Origin: Callorhinchus milii
Lineage: Eukaryota
Assembly: GCF_018977255.1 (NCBI RefSeq)
Contig: NW_024704745.1
Span: forward strand, 21,018,001 to 21,082,000
Direction: 5' to 3'
Length of the DNA stretch: 64,000 nt
Of the stretch, positions 33,482-45,500 are shown piece by piece. The notes under the pieces were generated by a model that was not told the origin of the DNA, did not search any database, and worked only from the letters and a program-made list of their open reading frames with translations. Made by a program: the position numbers and the translations under genes. How positions within the stretch are numbered: position 1 is the first letter of the stretch; each line of letters begins with the position of its first letter.

Positions 33482-34461
33482 CAGTAAAACACACCTAAGT
33501 CCGATCTGGATAAATCATACATCTGCCCAAGTTTCGTTGAATTTCCTATTAAATCCACTTGAATTTATCTACACTAGTCGTATTAATAATTGCACAACTC
33601 ATAACGTGCCTATAGCTAATGAATTTACCAGCTTGGCATGTCAAAACCTTGTTTCCTGTGCCTACCTCAAATGGAACACCGCACATATTCACCCTGATAC
33701 TCTCCACGCCCTCCTTCGTGGGGTGTTAACATCAACATCATCATGCACGGCAGTGGGGTGGGGGGCTGAGAGAGGAAGGAATGTCACCAGATCATGTGGG
33801 AAGTGAGGAGGTGAGGAATGTCTGATCGCATGGAGAGCAAAGGCACCCTTCACGCCATACGCACTTCCCAACCTTGAAGCAGCAGACGCAGTGCTCCATG
33901 TGATACAATCCAGGGAACGTAAGTCCTGACCTGTCATGCACACTTACCGGCTGCAATGCTGAACGACCACATGCGCAGTACAGAACAGTGAACAAGTACA
34001 GAAGACAAGGTTTTGAGCAGCCTTCAGGCAAAGCAGATCGTCCATCTAAATGCAAATTAGTGACAAGGGCCTATCGGGGAAGCACCAGATTCTCCAATTT
34101 TGCAAGGCAAATCCTGAAATGAAAAAGGACATTGCCTCCGATTTTGATTTGAAGTCACAGACTTTGAATGATTACCTCAAGAAGAAAATTAATCATGCCA
34201 GTAGTATGGAATACTGTATATGGAAAGATTGGGCTACCATAGCTGTAAAATGCATGAGTTAAACATGGTACAGAAACCTTGCCTTAATGTCACCAGCCAG
34301 TTCAGTACTTGTGTATTTGTTATGTGTAAGTCATATAATATCTGAATTATACATAAGTTTACAGAAATCATACAACGTATGCAAGTTTCATATAACTCAT
34401 TCTTCGCAATAGTCATATTAAATGTATGGCCCCAACTGAAACGACTTATGTGAGTTTATGA
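33482..34461 (+). mobile_element. Putative Tigger/pogo-type DNA transposon remnant
   Basis: TA|CAGTAAAACACACCTAAGTCCG left end; degenerate inverted copy CGACTTATGTGAGTTTA at 34442-34461. ORF 34050-34262 (LSGKHQILQFCKANPEMKKDIASDFDLKSQTLNDYLKKK) resembles the CENP-B/psq N-terminal HTH. Confidence 0.55.
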
Positions 34462-35519
34462 GAGCACCTTCCATTCAGTGATTTTGAGGTTAGATTTGTT
34501 TAATATGTCTAGTCTACATTGTTTCTCTTTAGTGCAGCATAAAGTGGTAATCATTACACAGTAACTATGTTAGATATCAGTTAATAATAAAATTGTTACT
34601 ATAGAACACTATTTCAGTTATGTATCAATGTAACACTGGCCATAGGGGTAAGATAGTAAGATGTACATTACTTGATTTACAATACATTGTAGTTACCAGA
34701 AACAGCACTGGACATGTCAGTTTTTGGTAGGAGTCACTTGACCTCGGTTTTCAAACAGTAAACAAGTTGCTGGCTTTACTGTCTGATTTATGATGTAGTC
34801 TGAAACCCTCAATAGGATCGCAGGTCTAATCTGGAGCATTAGACCCACTGATAACAGACTGTGGCATTTAATTATTCATCTAATTAACAGATTTGTTATG
34901 TGGAACAATTATTATTCTCTTGCATCAGACAAATACAGAATGTCAGGAAGTACCACCCTCAGTTGATGTTCCGATATAATATCAAATCACATCTAAAGAC
35001 CTTCCTCTTCGACCATGCCTTCGGTCACTTCTCTCTTTCCAGCTTAGCATCAACCACACCACTGTAAAGCACTCCAAGGACTCCATCCATGTGAAGGACA
35101 CTTTATAAATACAAGTTCTTGTTGTTGTAATATATGCCCAGCTTCCTTGATATTTGTGGTGGAGCAGCCACGGTAACAACTTAGATGAAAATCCTATTCC
35201 AAACAACATTTCCTTTAAAGCAGAAGATTTAACTCGTAATGGTGATGAAAAAGATTTTTGTGTGTTTTGTTTCTTGTTCCTGATGCACAGTGTATGAGCT
35301 TCCAAATGCCAAGTAAGGTAGTAGAGGAGGCAGAGTCCATTATGAGTTTGAAGAAGGAAGTGGATAGAAACATGAAAGAGAGAGGAGTGACGGCTAGGGG
35401 ATAAGGCAGGTCAGTGGGATTGAATGAATAGTGTGTTCTAAGAGCCAGTGAAGCCTCATTGCAAATTTCTGATTCTGTAAAGTACATCAATCACAACAGA
35501 TTTAAACACAAGAAAACAA

Positions 35520-35652
35520 TTTCTGGTGAAGGGTCACTCCTGAAATGGTAAATCTGTCTTCTCTTTCAGATGTAGTTCAAACTGCTATGAATTGACATAA
35601 TGTTTTGGTTTTATTTCATATTTCTAACACCTGCAATTTTTCTTTTTATTTC
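35520..35652 (+). mobile_element. Degenerate Penelope-like terminus with decayed hammerhead core
   Basis: ttCTGGTGAagggtcactcctGAAAt..ctctttcagatg..ctgcta..ttttggttttatttca. Confidence 0.5.
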
Positions 35653-35809
35653 AGCGCAACAAAGTACAATCCTGCATTTAACATAGCTAATGCTGTATAC
35701 ATCAACGGCAATGAAGAGCTACATTTTTCACTGAGCATCACTTATATAGGCAGACCACCTGTCGTAACTAGAGATTCACTGCAGCCTCTCCACATTCACT
35801 GATAAAACT

Positions 35810-35815
35810 TTTATT
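35810..35815 (-). terminator. WWC3: Probable WWC3 polyadenylation signal (AATAAA), giving a ~0.7 kb AT-rich 3' UTR
   Basis: tttatt on + strand at the end of a repeat-free AT-rich stretch after the stop; further AATAAA at 35645-35650 and 35610-35615. Confidence 0.55.
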
Positions 35816-36489
35816 TAATAGTAAAAATATTGGAAGATGTTATTGCAGATTTTTTATACAGTACAAAGTTGTGGTAAAGAATACAATGTTACGTATAGTG
35901 TAAGGCACAGGATAATATAAAATGCTGATGTTATATGTGTGACTCAAAACATATAAAAGGTAACACTAAAAATCAGCACACGTTGTTTTCACATCAGGTA
36001 ACAGAAACAAAGCCAGTTTGCGGTTTCATTCCAGTGTACCCAAAATACTGCAGAACTTTATAGTCTTAAAATACACCTAATACAGGTTCTTTTCCTTCAA
36101 GGAAAATCATTTTTTAAATAAGAAACGTATATTACAGTGGACATGATTCAACTGACCTTGTTTCTGTCTTCCAGCCTTTTAAGCGCACATACATCAGAGT
36201 ACATAAAAACTGAACAGATATGTAACAAGCTTCGTTTGTTTTTTTATATAATACGGTTCCTTCAGAGATGTTAATTACACAACAAGGATAAACCAAGCCT
36301 TGCTGCAATTACTAGAATTATAAAATATATAAGTATATAGATTTTTTTTCCTTTTTCTTTTTACNAAAAAAAGTGTATAGGAATAACCCTTGGAAAGAAT
36401 GTTTAATAAAATCACTTACTGGTTTTCTAGTAACTTAACATGAATAAAACAGATTGATAAATACTTCATATTTAAAATATAGTAAAGTG

Positions 36490-36556
36490 TCATACATCAT
36501 CAGCTGGCAGAGGAGGTATGTTGATTCTTGTTCGAGTGAAAAATGCCATCTTTTCT
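36490..36556 (-). CDS. WWC3: WWC3 last coding exon ([21 protein letters not shown])
   Basis: catag|A GAA AAG...GTA TGA; family-conserved C-terminus. Confidence 0.95.
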
Positions 36557-39500
36557 CTATGAAAAATCAAATACAACAGTTAATCTTCAAAATTTGGCAC
36601 TGGGTGAGATTGAGACTGGCTTTGTGATCTACATTGCTTTCGTGAACAATCTATCCAGTCTTATCCAAAACGTTTTACATAAAATAGACATTTCAAATGC
36701 ATTTGCTTGTAATACTTGAAGTGTTATGGTTTCAATTATTATTAATAATAGTCCTTATATTTGGTATAGAGCCTATAACATCAGGAGGACGTCTCAAAGT
36801 GCTTCACAGGATATACTATAAAGTGCGGTGACTGTGTTTTTCGTGGGCAGTTGACCAGCCAATTTGCGCACAGCAATCTCCCACAAACATCCATTAAATG
36901 ACAAATTTTACTTGGAGGATTGTTGACCAGAACATTTGGAGAAACTCCCTTCTCTTTTCATAGTCCCGTGGGATCTTTAACATCCATCTAAGCAGGCAGA
37001 CAGGACTTCAGATTACCGTCTCAACCAAAGGACGGCATTTCCGACAATGCAGAACACCCACAGCACTGCATTGGGGGCGTCAGACTATGCAATTCCAAAT
37101 CCCGACATGGGGCTTCAAATCACAACCTTCTGACTCCAAGGTGAGTGCTACTAACTGAACCAGGCTGACACCTGACAACATATAAATAGTATTACTATTT
37201 AGTAAATTAAGGTAAGTTAGGGGCAAGTCTAAGCCACAGACTGAATGGGAGCTGGGCATTCATTTTGGATTTTCCAAAGGACAGAGATTGTCATTGGGTT
37301 ACAGCTCCACTGAAAGAACACATTTCACTTCTCTATGTAACTGAATAAGAAGACCCTCCTTTTATATTGAAATTGCTATTATCACTCACCAAAATATGAC
37401 TGCTCATCCTCTTATTTATAAGTCATAACGGGCAGTGGAATAGTTCAAAAAAAACAAATACCTCCACAGTGATGATACAATGTAATTTATATTTATATAA
37501 TGCCTTTCATGCCAGGAGGATGTCTCAAAGTATTCACAGTGCTGGATGGACACCTAAGTTGGGGACGGGAGCAGAGGAGTGCACCGATTCCCTGGAACTC
37601 CCTATATCACCCCTTTGCCTCAGCCAATCTTTATCTATCTTTAAATTCCACCTGAAAACCTACCTCTTTGAACCTTCCGCTTCTCCATTGCTCAGCGACT
37701 AACCCCGTCATTATACAGCGCTCCAAGATATTATTCTATGTGAAGAGCACTATAAAAATGCAAAGACCATTCTGTCCATTTGATCTCTTCCTTCCAGAAT
37801 GCCCACTCTGGTGTCCTCCAATGATAGTATCAAGTTCTTTCTCAAATGAGTCATTCATCCTGGTCTCAACCATGTTGCAGTCGTTAATTACCCTCAGTGT
37901 AAAGAAATACTTTCTGTTGTCTGTCCTTAAATTGCTCTTCACAACCCTGAACCTGTGGCCCTTTGTCCTGTTAGAATGCAAAATTACATTTGTATAGGGC
38001 CTTTCACGTTGGGATGACGTCCTTATCATATCTAAAAATATTGTTCTGGGTTTACTTTCCCAATCTGATATATCGCTCCAAAGCTTCCTTTGTGATGTTT
38101 TCATACTCAGTTTCTTACCTGAATGACTGAACCTGCAAGGGCTCTTTTTGGCTATTTCCACGTAGCTGATACACTTCCTTGGTTGCTTTTTTCAACATTT
38201 TCTCAGCTGCCTGCTCTTGCCTTTGTTCAGACTTTGTTTGTTTTGCCTGCCGGTCATTTCAAAGAAAAAGAGCAATTTCATGTTACTGTAATTACACATA
38301 TTGTGCATCAGATATTTATAAAAGTGGGTTATCGTATAATAGTAGTTCAGGCACATGTCATTTTTAGGCCACTACCAGCATTTGGTGTGAAAGTCTCAAT
38401 GTTGCTTTGTAAAGACAGATTTATAAACTACAATAGCACAGTAATTACACACTTAAAGTACGGCTAGATTGGTGCTGTGCAGTGGGAACACGAACTGGAA
38501 TACCAGCAGATCATGCTGGGACTGGGAGGATTAGGTTTGATCCCTCATTTTGTTCAGTTTAACATGAAGCTGCCAGGCAATGAGTGATAGGGAAGCAACC
38601 GGGAATGGGCGTCTCTGCAGCAGGTACCAGAATGACTCTCAGGTTTCTGAAACTCCATTTGGGACACCAATATCACCTTTGACTACCCTGAAGCCAGATT
38701 GCAGTCAAAGGCAATCACCACCTGAACTTTATTTGGAAAATTCAGCCCGAGAAGCATCTGATTATCTGCAGGACTTGCCATTTCCAAATGATTTTACAAA
38801 TCTCGCTAATTAGACACCATTTTGAAAATTCATGAATCTCGTAACTATTGATTCAACAAACCATGGCAACCAGTGTTCCTTTATTGCATCTGTAACTCAC
38901 ATTTATATGGTTCATAGATTGAAAAATGTGCTTTCCCTCACCTGTCTCTCTGCTTCCTTCAGGAGATTTTTGAACCGTTCATCTCTCAGAATCCACTGGG
39001 GCAGATCACTTTGTCCCCGAAGCCGGCTCTCCTCCATTCTCTGTTTTAGCTCTCGTAGTGCATTCAACTCCTCATTCAGTTGCCGCTGTCTAGTCCTAGA
39101 TGCTTGGAGATCCAGCTCCAAGTCCAGGGATGTTCTTGTGGAGTGTTCAACCAATGGAGTTTTGAAGGATGGCTGGAACATACAAAAGCACCTCTAAAGA
39201 TTATTCTGCACTCTCCACATTTCAGCACGTTTTGTTTCATGTGGCACCAGGATATCTCACTTGAAAATGTTAGAATTTCACAGCAACTGAATTTGCATTT
39301 GCCACTTTTTCAGGTTACGCCAAACAAAATGGACAACAAAAAATTGATATCAAACTATAATTATTTAATCTACACCTTTTGTATGTTTTAGGGTTGTTGA
39401 CAATTCAAACACTGGGGTTGAAAAAAGCACCCGAACAGAGTAACAGAGTAACTAGCCCGTAGCCATAGAGAAAAGTGCCCATAATGTTCAATCAGAATTT

Positions 39501-42500
39501 TCTGCAGGGATAAGCCATTCAGGCTTATCTCGAGAAAGATGCTGGTTTGGAGTCAAGATCTCCTGGTCCATGTGATGTATCTGGGTTTCCATGGAAGAGA
39601 TACAATTGTTTTCCAGTCCAAATTACCATTTACGCTGTTATTTTCCTGAGGTGCATTCTTTCAATAGCAACAACAACAATAACAACATTACATTTGCAAA
39701 GCGCCTTTCACATCGGGAGGATGTCCCAAGATCCTGAACTGTCAGGGATCAGGACCGGAGCGAGGGGGGCGCAGAGTTCGGATGAGGGAGGGTGGAGCGA
39801 TAGGTGGGCGGCTGAAGATATGGTCAAAAAGGAGGATCTTGAGTCATGCCTTGAAGGAGCCAAGGGAAGGAGTAAGGCAAAGGGATTGTGAGATGGAGTT
39901 CCAAAGGGTGGGAGCAGAGAGGCTGAAAGCCTGGCCACCGATGGTAGGGCGGGTCGGGCCGGAGACATGGAGCAGGCCTGCTGAACGGAGGTAGCGCACA
40001 GGTCAGCGAGGTAGGAGGGGCCAAAACCGTGGAGGGCCTTGAAAGTGAGGATGAGGATTTCGAATTCTATCCACTGAGGGATGGGATATTCAACCCAACT
40101 ATCTGCCATAATCGCTCCCCAACTTTCAGAGAAAGATAACAAAAGCCTTGTTATAACAATCACAGATGGCAGATGTTGGTCTTCTAATGTCTAAACAGTG
40201 CGATAGCTGCCAACGTAACACAATTGCCATTGTGCCTGTCTGACCAAGTACATTTTCTTATGAAAGAGCAGCAGATAATTAGATAATTACTTGGGGAGAA
40301 CAAGTTTGCAGGGCTATGGGGAGAGCACGGGGGAGTGGGATTGAATAGCTCTTTTCAAAGAGCAGGCACAGACACGATGGGCCGAATGGTTTCCTTCTGA
40401 GCTGTATAATTCCATGCTTCTACATTTTGCGCTGGACTAAATAAATGCATAAGAGCTAAAAGATAAATGCAAAAGCGTCAGTTTGAGTGTTTCTCCCTAA
40501 AAGTTTCAAGCGATTGCTTCTCTAAATCCTGAAGCAACTTGAATAAATAACAATGAAATAGACACAGGTCAGCATCAGTGCTCTCCAGCCCACAGTGGCA
40601 ACTCCTGAGGATTAGAATTACTTATTTTCTAATCATTTATTTAAAATAATTATTGTAGTTATACATTGCATTATCAAAATTTACTCCTGCTCATATAATT
40701 CCTTGCAAGTACATATAGCTGTATATCAGGCTGTATGAGGTTAGAAGATTTCCATGAAAGCATGTCATCATTAGCAACTGCTGCCATTCACCAGAAGCGC
40801 ATACTACAATTTGCAAGAACTCTGCTCTAAATGTGGTTGTTGGGAGGGTAAAAGGAAATCAATTTTCCTTGAACCACATAATCTGTGGTTCATTAATCAG
40901 TTTTACTGCACTGGACATTATCAATGTATAAACAACTGCAGATTTACAGTATATTCTGTGAGGCGCTTTGAGATATCTTGAAGATGTGATAAAGCACTGC
41001 ATCAAATGCAAGGATTATTATTACTACTTGATGCTCTATCCTTGTTAATTTTGGTATGTGAATATGCTTCATCTAAGATAATGAAAAGCCTATGAAACTT
41101 GTATTGCAAGGTGCAATTGTGTAATTCAATTGGATTAAAGATAGAAAATTACTAAATAGATTCGTAATCTATATTACATTGTTCAATTTAGGTCATAAAT
41201 CTCAGTTACCTCAGCTTAGTTATTGAATTGCAATTTGGGCATGATTCCCCAACAGGATAATATGCATAGGTTCATGTTTAATATTTGTTTAGATTGCATT
41301 TTGGGTCAGTTTCAGACTTTCAATTGCAGGGAGAGAGAGTGAGGAGATCAGGAGCATGGATTTCAAGAAATATTAAATCAATGGTTGCCACTTGTGGCCC
41401 ACAGGTCTGTCAACATGTATTCGATCTTATGTTATAATTCTTTTTCTTGATTGACCATTTCTTGATTCATGGTATCATTCAAGAAATATTCAATCAAGAA
41501 AATTAATTTTTTTGGTCAAGCATAAAAGTTGGCCATCACTGCATTAAACCATGATAAAGATCAAGAAATAATTATAAAATGTGGTATGTGAAATTGAGCA
41601 AGAGTTTTTAGACTGATTGAATTCAAATACTGTATAAAGACAAGAGTCCATTAGACATATGTGTCATAATCAAATCCCAGCAACATACCTGTTTGTAACG
41701 TAGAGTGCGTCTCTCCAATGTATTTCGGATAAACGGGGATCTTTTGGGGAGTGTTGAACTGTCACTGTCACTTCGGTACAACTGTAATAAGAAGCAAAAA
41801 TATAGAAAACGATCATTATTTTCAGAGATGATATCAATCAATTTCAAGTCTTGTGTGATGTGCTCCTGTAGACTGCAGATTATCACTTTAGATTCTCTCC
41901 ATTACTTTGAGCATATAGTCTAGACATAAAATTAGTTTTCACAAAAATCCATCCTCATTTCTGTTGAAATATACAATGAAGCTTGAAATGAATTTGTGAT
42001 TTAAGATTTACAGCATGGGTATCAAATCAATGGTGTGTAGGAATAAATGCAGCAAGTGTGAAGGTGCATTTCCACATTTCTCAGGGGATAGGGATTTTAT
42101 TTGGTTATGATGAAACTTCAGACATGACTAACTGATCAAATATGTGGTTTCCTGGTAGGCAATAGGAGGGATGTAAAGTCTATTTTCAAACACAGAGCTT
42201 ATCTAGATCCAAATTGAGCACTAAAGTTGATTTATAGTAATCCAACTCCACCCCCCCGCCCCCCACACACACTCAAAGGCAGGCTTATAAAGAAACTTAA
42301 TTGTATAACTGTCTTTGTTCAATTTTAAAAGACTGCTTCAGCTAAGAATTTCTAAAGTTCCACCTACGTAACTACCCACAGATATTCAAGTCCTTCTGTA
42401 ATCTTTGATGTTCTCATAATCTTTCTCCATAGAATTCATAAACACTTAACTGGACATTCTAGGAAAGGGAATTTAGCTGCCAAATATATTCTAATTAATA

Positions 42501-45500
42501 ACACGTTTTGGAAAATAATTACTCAGTATTAATTTTTGGCTGGGGCCATGTCTAGTCTGCACTCTCAACAACAACAACAACAGCTTGTATTTATATAAAG
42601 CTCTTCTTTTAACAATGTGCTTAACAATGGTATAGTTTGACACCGAGCCGGGGAGAAAGGGGGGTGACTGTAGGCGCAGTTGAAGCAGAAATTCTTCAGG
42701 TGCGATCTGAAGACAGACAAAGAGGGACAAAGGCAGAGGAATTGAGGCAGGGGGTTTCAGAGGTTCAGAGCACAGTGGCCGAAATGGCACAGCTGCCATT
42801 GCTGGAGCAGAGGGGGTAAGGGACTTGCTGAAGGCCCAAGTCGGCTGATTGAAGCTGATGAGTAGAGGAGTGGAGTGTGATCAGGTTGGAGGAGTAAGAA
42901 AGTGCTAGGGACACTAGCTTACATTTAAGAAGCAGCTTCTTTTTTTTACACCCACGCAGGAGATAATAGTTTCTATTTAAAAACACAGCCATAAAGATTT
43001 TACATTTGGTGCTAATTAAAGTTATTTAATACAAAAAAATTCCTAAAGAAAAATGTAGACAGGAATATTCAACCTTTCCCCCAAACTATGATCCATCCAA
43101 AATGGAAATGGTTTCACTTTACAATTATTTATCCAGTAATAATAATAATCCTTACACTTGGTAGAGCATCAGGAGGACGTCTGAAAGCGCTTCACAGGAT
43201 ATATTCTAAAGTGGAGTGACTGAGTGTTTTGTGGGCGAACAATGGGTGAATGAACATGCTCTCCCTCTTCTCTGTCCACCCCAACTATCACCACATTCTG
43301 TACAACATATCACATCCTCAGACAATTTTAAACCCATGTTGTCAATATTTACTGAAAATCATATCATTCTCAAATATATTTTCATTGTTTCTCAATCAAA
43401 TGGATCTTCTACATTCGTAATGAATGATATGAAGCATAAAAGCATTTTCAGCCAGGCAATGTAAATGTAACAAACACTGGAGAAAGGGCCCTGGGATTCG
43501 AGTGCCTATGGTGCAGGAAATCCTGTGTAGAATCCAGAAGAGTTCTGCTCTAATGCAAGATCACCTCGGAGCAGAACTTCTGAGAGCTGGTGTGACATAT
43601 GAGAGTCACCACTATGTTTACAATCCCCATCTTGGGCATTAAAGGATGTCAGATAAAGGATAGGGAAAAATGTGGGCCATGCAATATATTATAGCCATTC
43701 ATTCCATAGTCTTACTCACTCTGCAAACATACTGACTCCGTGCTCCCGGTGAGAATGTCTGTGACCGAACAATGGTACTACTACGAACAAAAGGAGATCC
43801 ACGCGATCTGCGACTGCTCCTTTCTTTTGGTCGAATTCCAATCTCTTCCGGAAAAGGTTCTTCAGTATTGGTCCCTTTGTCCACCTGCAACAAACAACAA
43901 ATCAATATAATTCATTCAGTGATATCAATGTACTTTTACCCTAACTGTTTCATTAAAATAATACAACAAACTGTTGGCACAGTCAAAGAGGAAGGTCTTG
44001 AGATGGGCCTTCAAGGAGAAAAGGGAGGGGTGAGGAGAAGAAGAAGAACTCCAAGATAGAGTGCCAGAGGGAGGGGGGGGCAGAAAGGTTAAGGCCTGAC
44101 CACAAATGGTGGGGCGGGTAGGACAGGGAACATGGAGCAGGCCAGTGGCCGCCGAGCGAATGGAGCGGGCAGGTTGATCGCAGAGGGAGGGGCAAGATGG
44201 TGGAGGCTTTAAAAGTGAGGACAAGGATATTAAACTCAATCCCCTGGAGGATGAGGAGCCAGTGGAACCGGGTGAGGATGGGGGTGATTGGCTCACGAAG
44301 CTTGTTGCGGGAGAGGACACGAGGTGCAGAGTTCTGAATAATCTGCAGCTTGTGGAGGGAATCGTTGGGAAGGCCGGTGAGTAGAGAGTTAGCATAGTCA
44401 AGCCTGGATGTGATGAAAACATGGATGCGTGTCTAAGTGGCCTAAGCAGAGAGCTAGTGTTGGTAGTGGGCAATGTTGCAGAGGTGGGGGAAGGCCGAAC
44501 AGATCAAGGCACGGATGTGGAATTTAAAGAAAAGTTGAGGGTGAAACAAGACACCAAGGATCCATACTAGCTCTGTAAGGTGGAGAGTGCAACTGTGAAT
44601 AGTGATGCTGTCAGCATCTGAGGTGAGAGAGCCAAGCAGGAAGACCTCAGTCTTGTCGATATTCAACCGAAGAAAGTTGGCTCTCATCCAAGACTCATCT
44701 GGCAGACAATCAGTCAGCACAGCAGTGGTCCTGGAGTCAATGGTGGAGGCCGAAAGATGGATTTGTGTATTATTGCATGCCCAATATGGAAGTTAACCCC
44801 ATGCCTGTGGATGATATCACCGAGCAGGAGCATGTAAATATTAAAGAGGAGAGGACCAAGGACAGAGCCCCGGGAATGCTGTACATGGCCGTGCGAGGGC
44901 TGGAGGAGAAGCCGTTAAATAAAAATAATCCTTGCATTTGATATCGTTCCTTTTCACATCATCGAAAAATCTTCACAGGATTTACTGTAAAGTGTAGTGA
45001 CTGTGTAGTCAGAATTCATTCTTATTTCTCACAATTGCATTCATGAATTATTTGTGATGCAGATAACTGAATAGATTTAAACTACTAATTTGCACTGATG
45101 TTTCAGTGCGATAAAGGGGAAATGCTGCATTGTCTTTTGGGTCAGACCTAAAACAAAAGTTTTGTCTGTCTGTTCAGGTGGACTGTAACAATGCTTTTAA
45201 AATAAACCGCGCTGACTAATAATCCTCTTGACAAATTGGGCCTTCATCTTGGTTCTGCTTGCAAGACCTTTCTGGTGCAAATGGCCACTGTGTTTGCCTA
45301 TAAAAGTGGCTACAATTTATAATGATGCTTAAAGTGCTGAACCATTTGGACATAATAGGAACTATAAAAATGCAAGTAACTGTTATGTGTTTAGCCTCAT
45401 TCACCTGTTAGGAATCTCTGCACATGAGAGAAGGATTCATAGCCATGGCTCCGATCCAGAGACCAATGCTACAAGCTGAACAGGTGTGGATGTAGGGTGA

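Noticed and set aside
43538-43581. 10-bp inverted repeat AGTTCTGCTC/GAGCAGAACT
   Set aside because: Short, and expected occasionally by chance in 64 kb.
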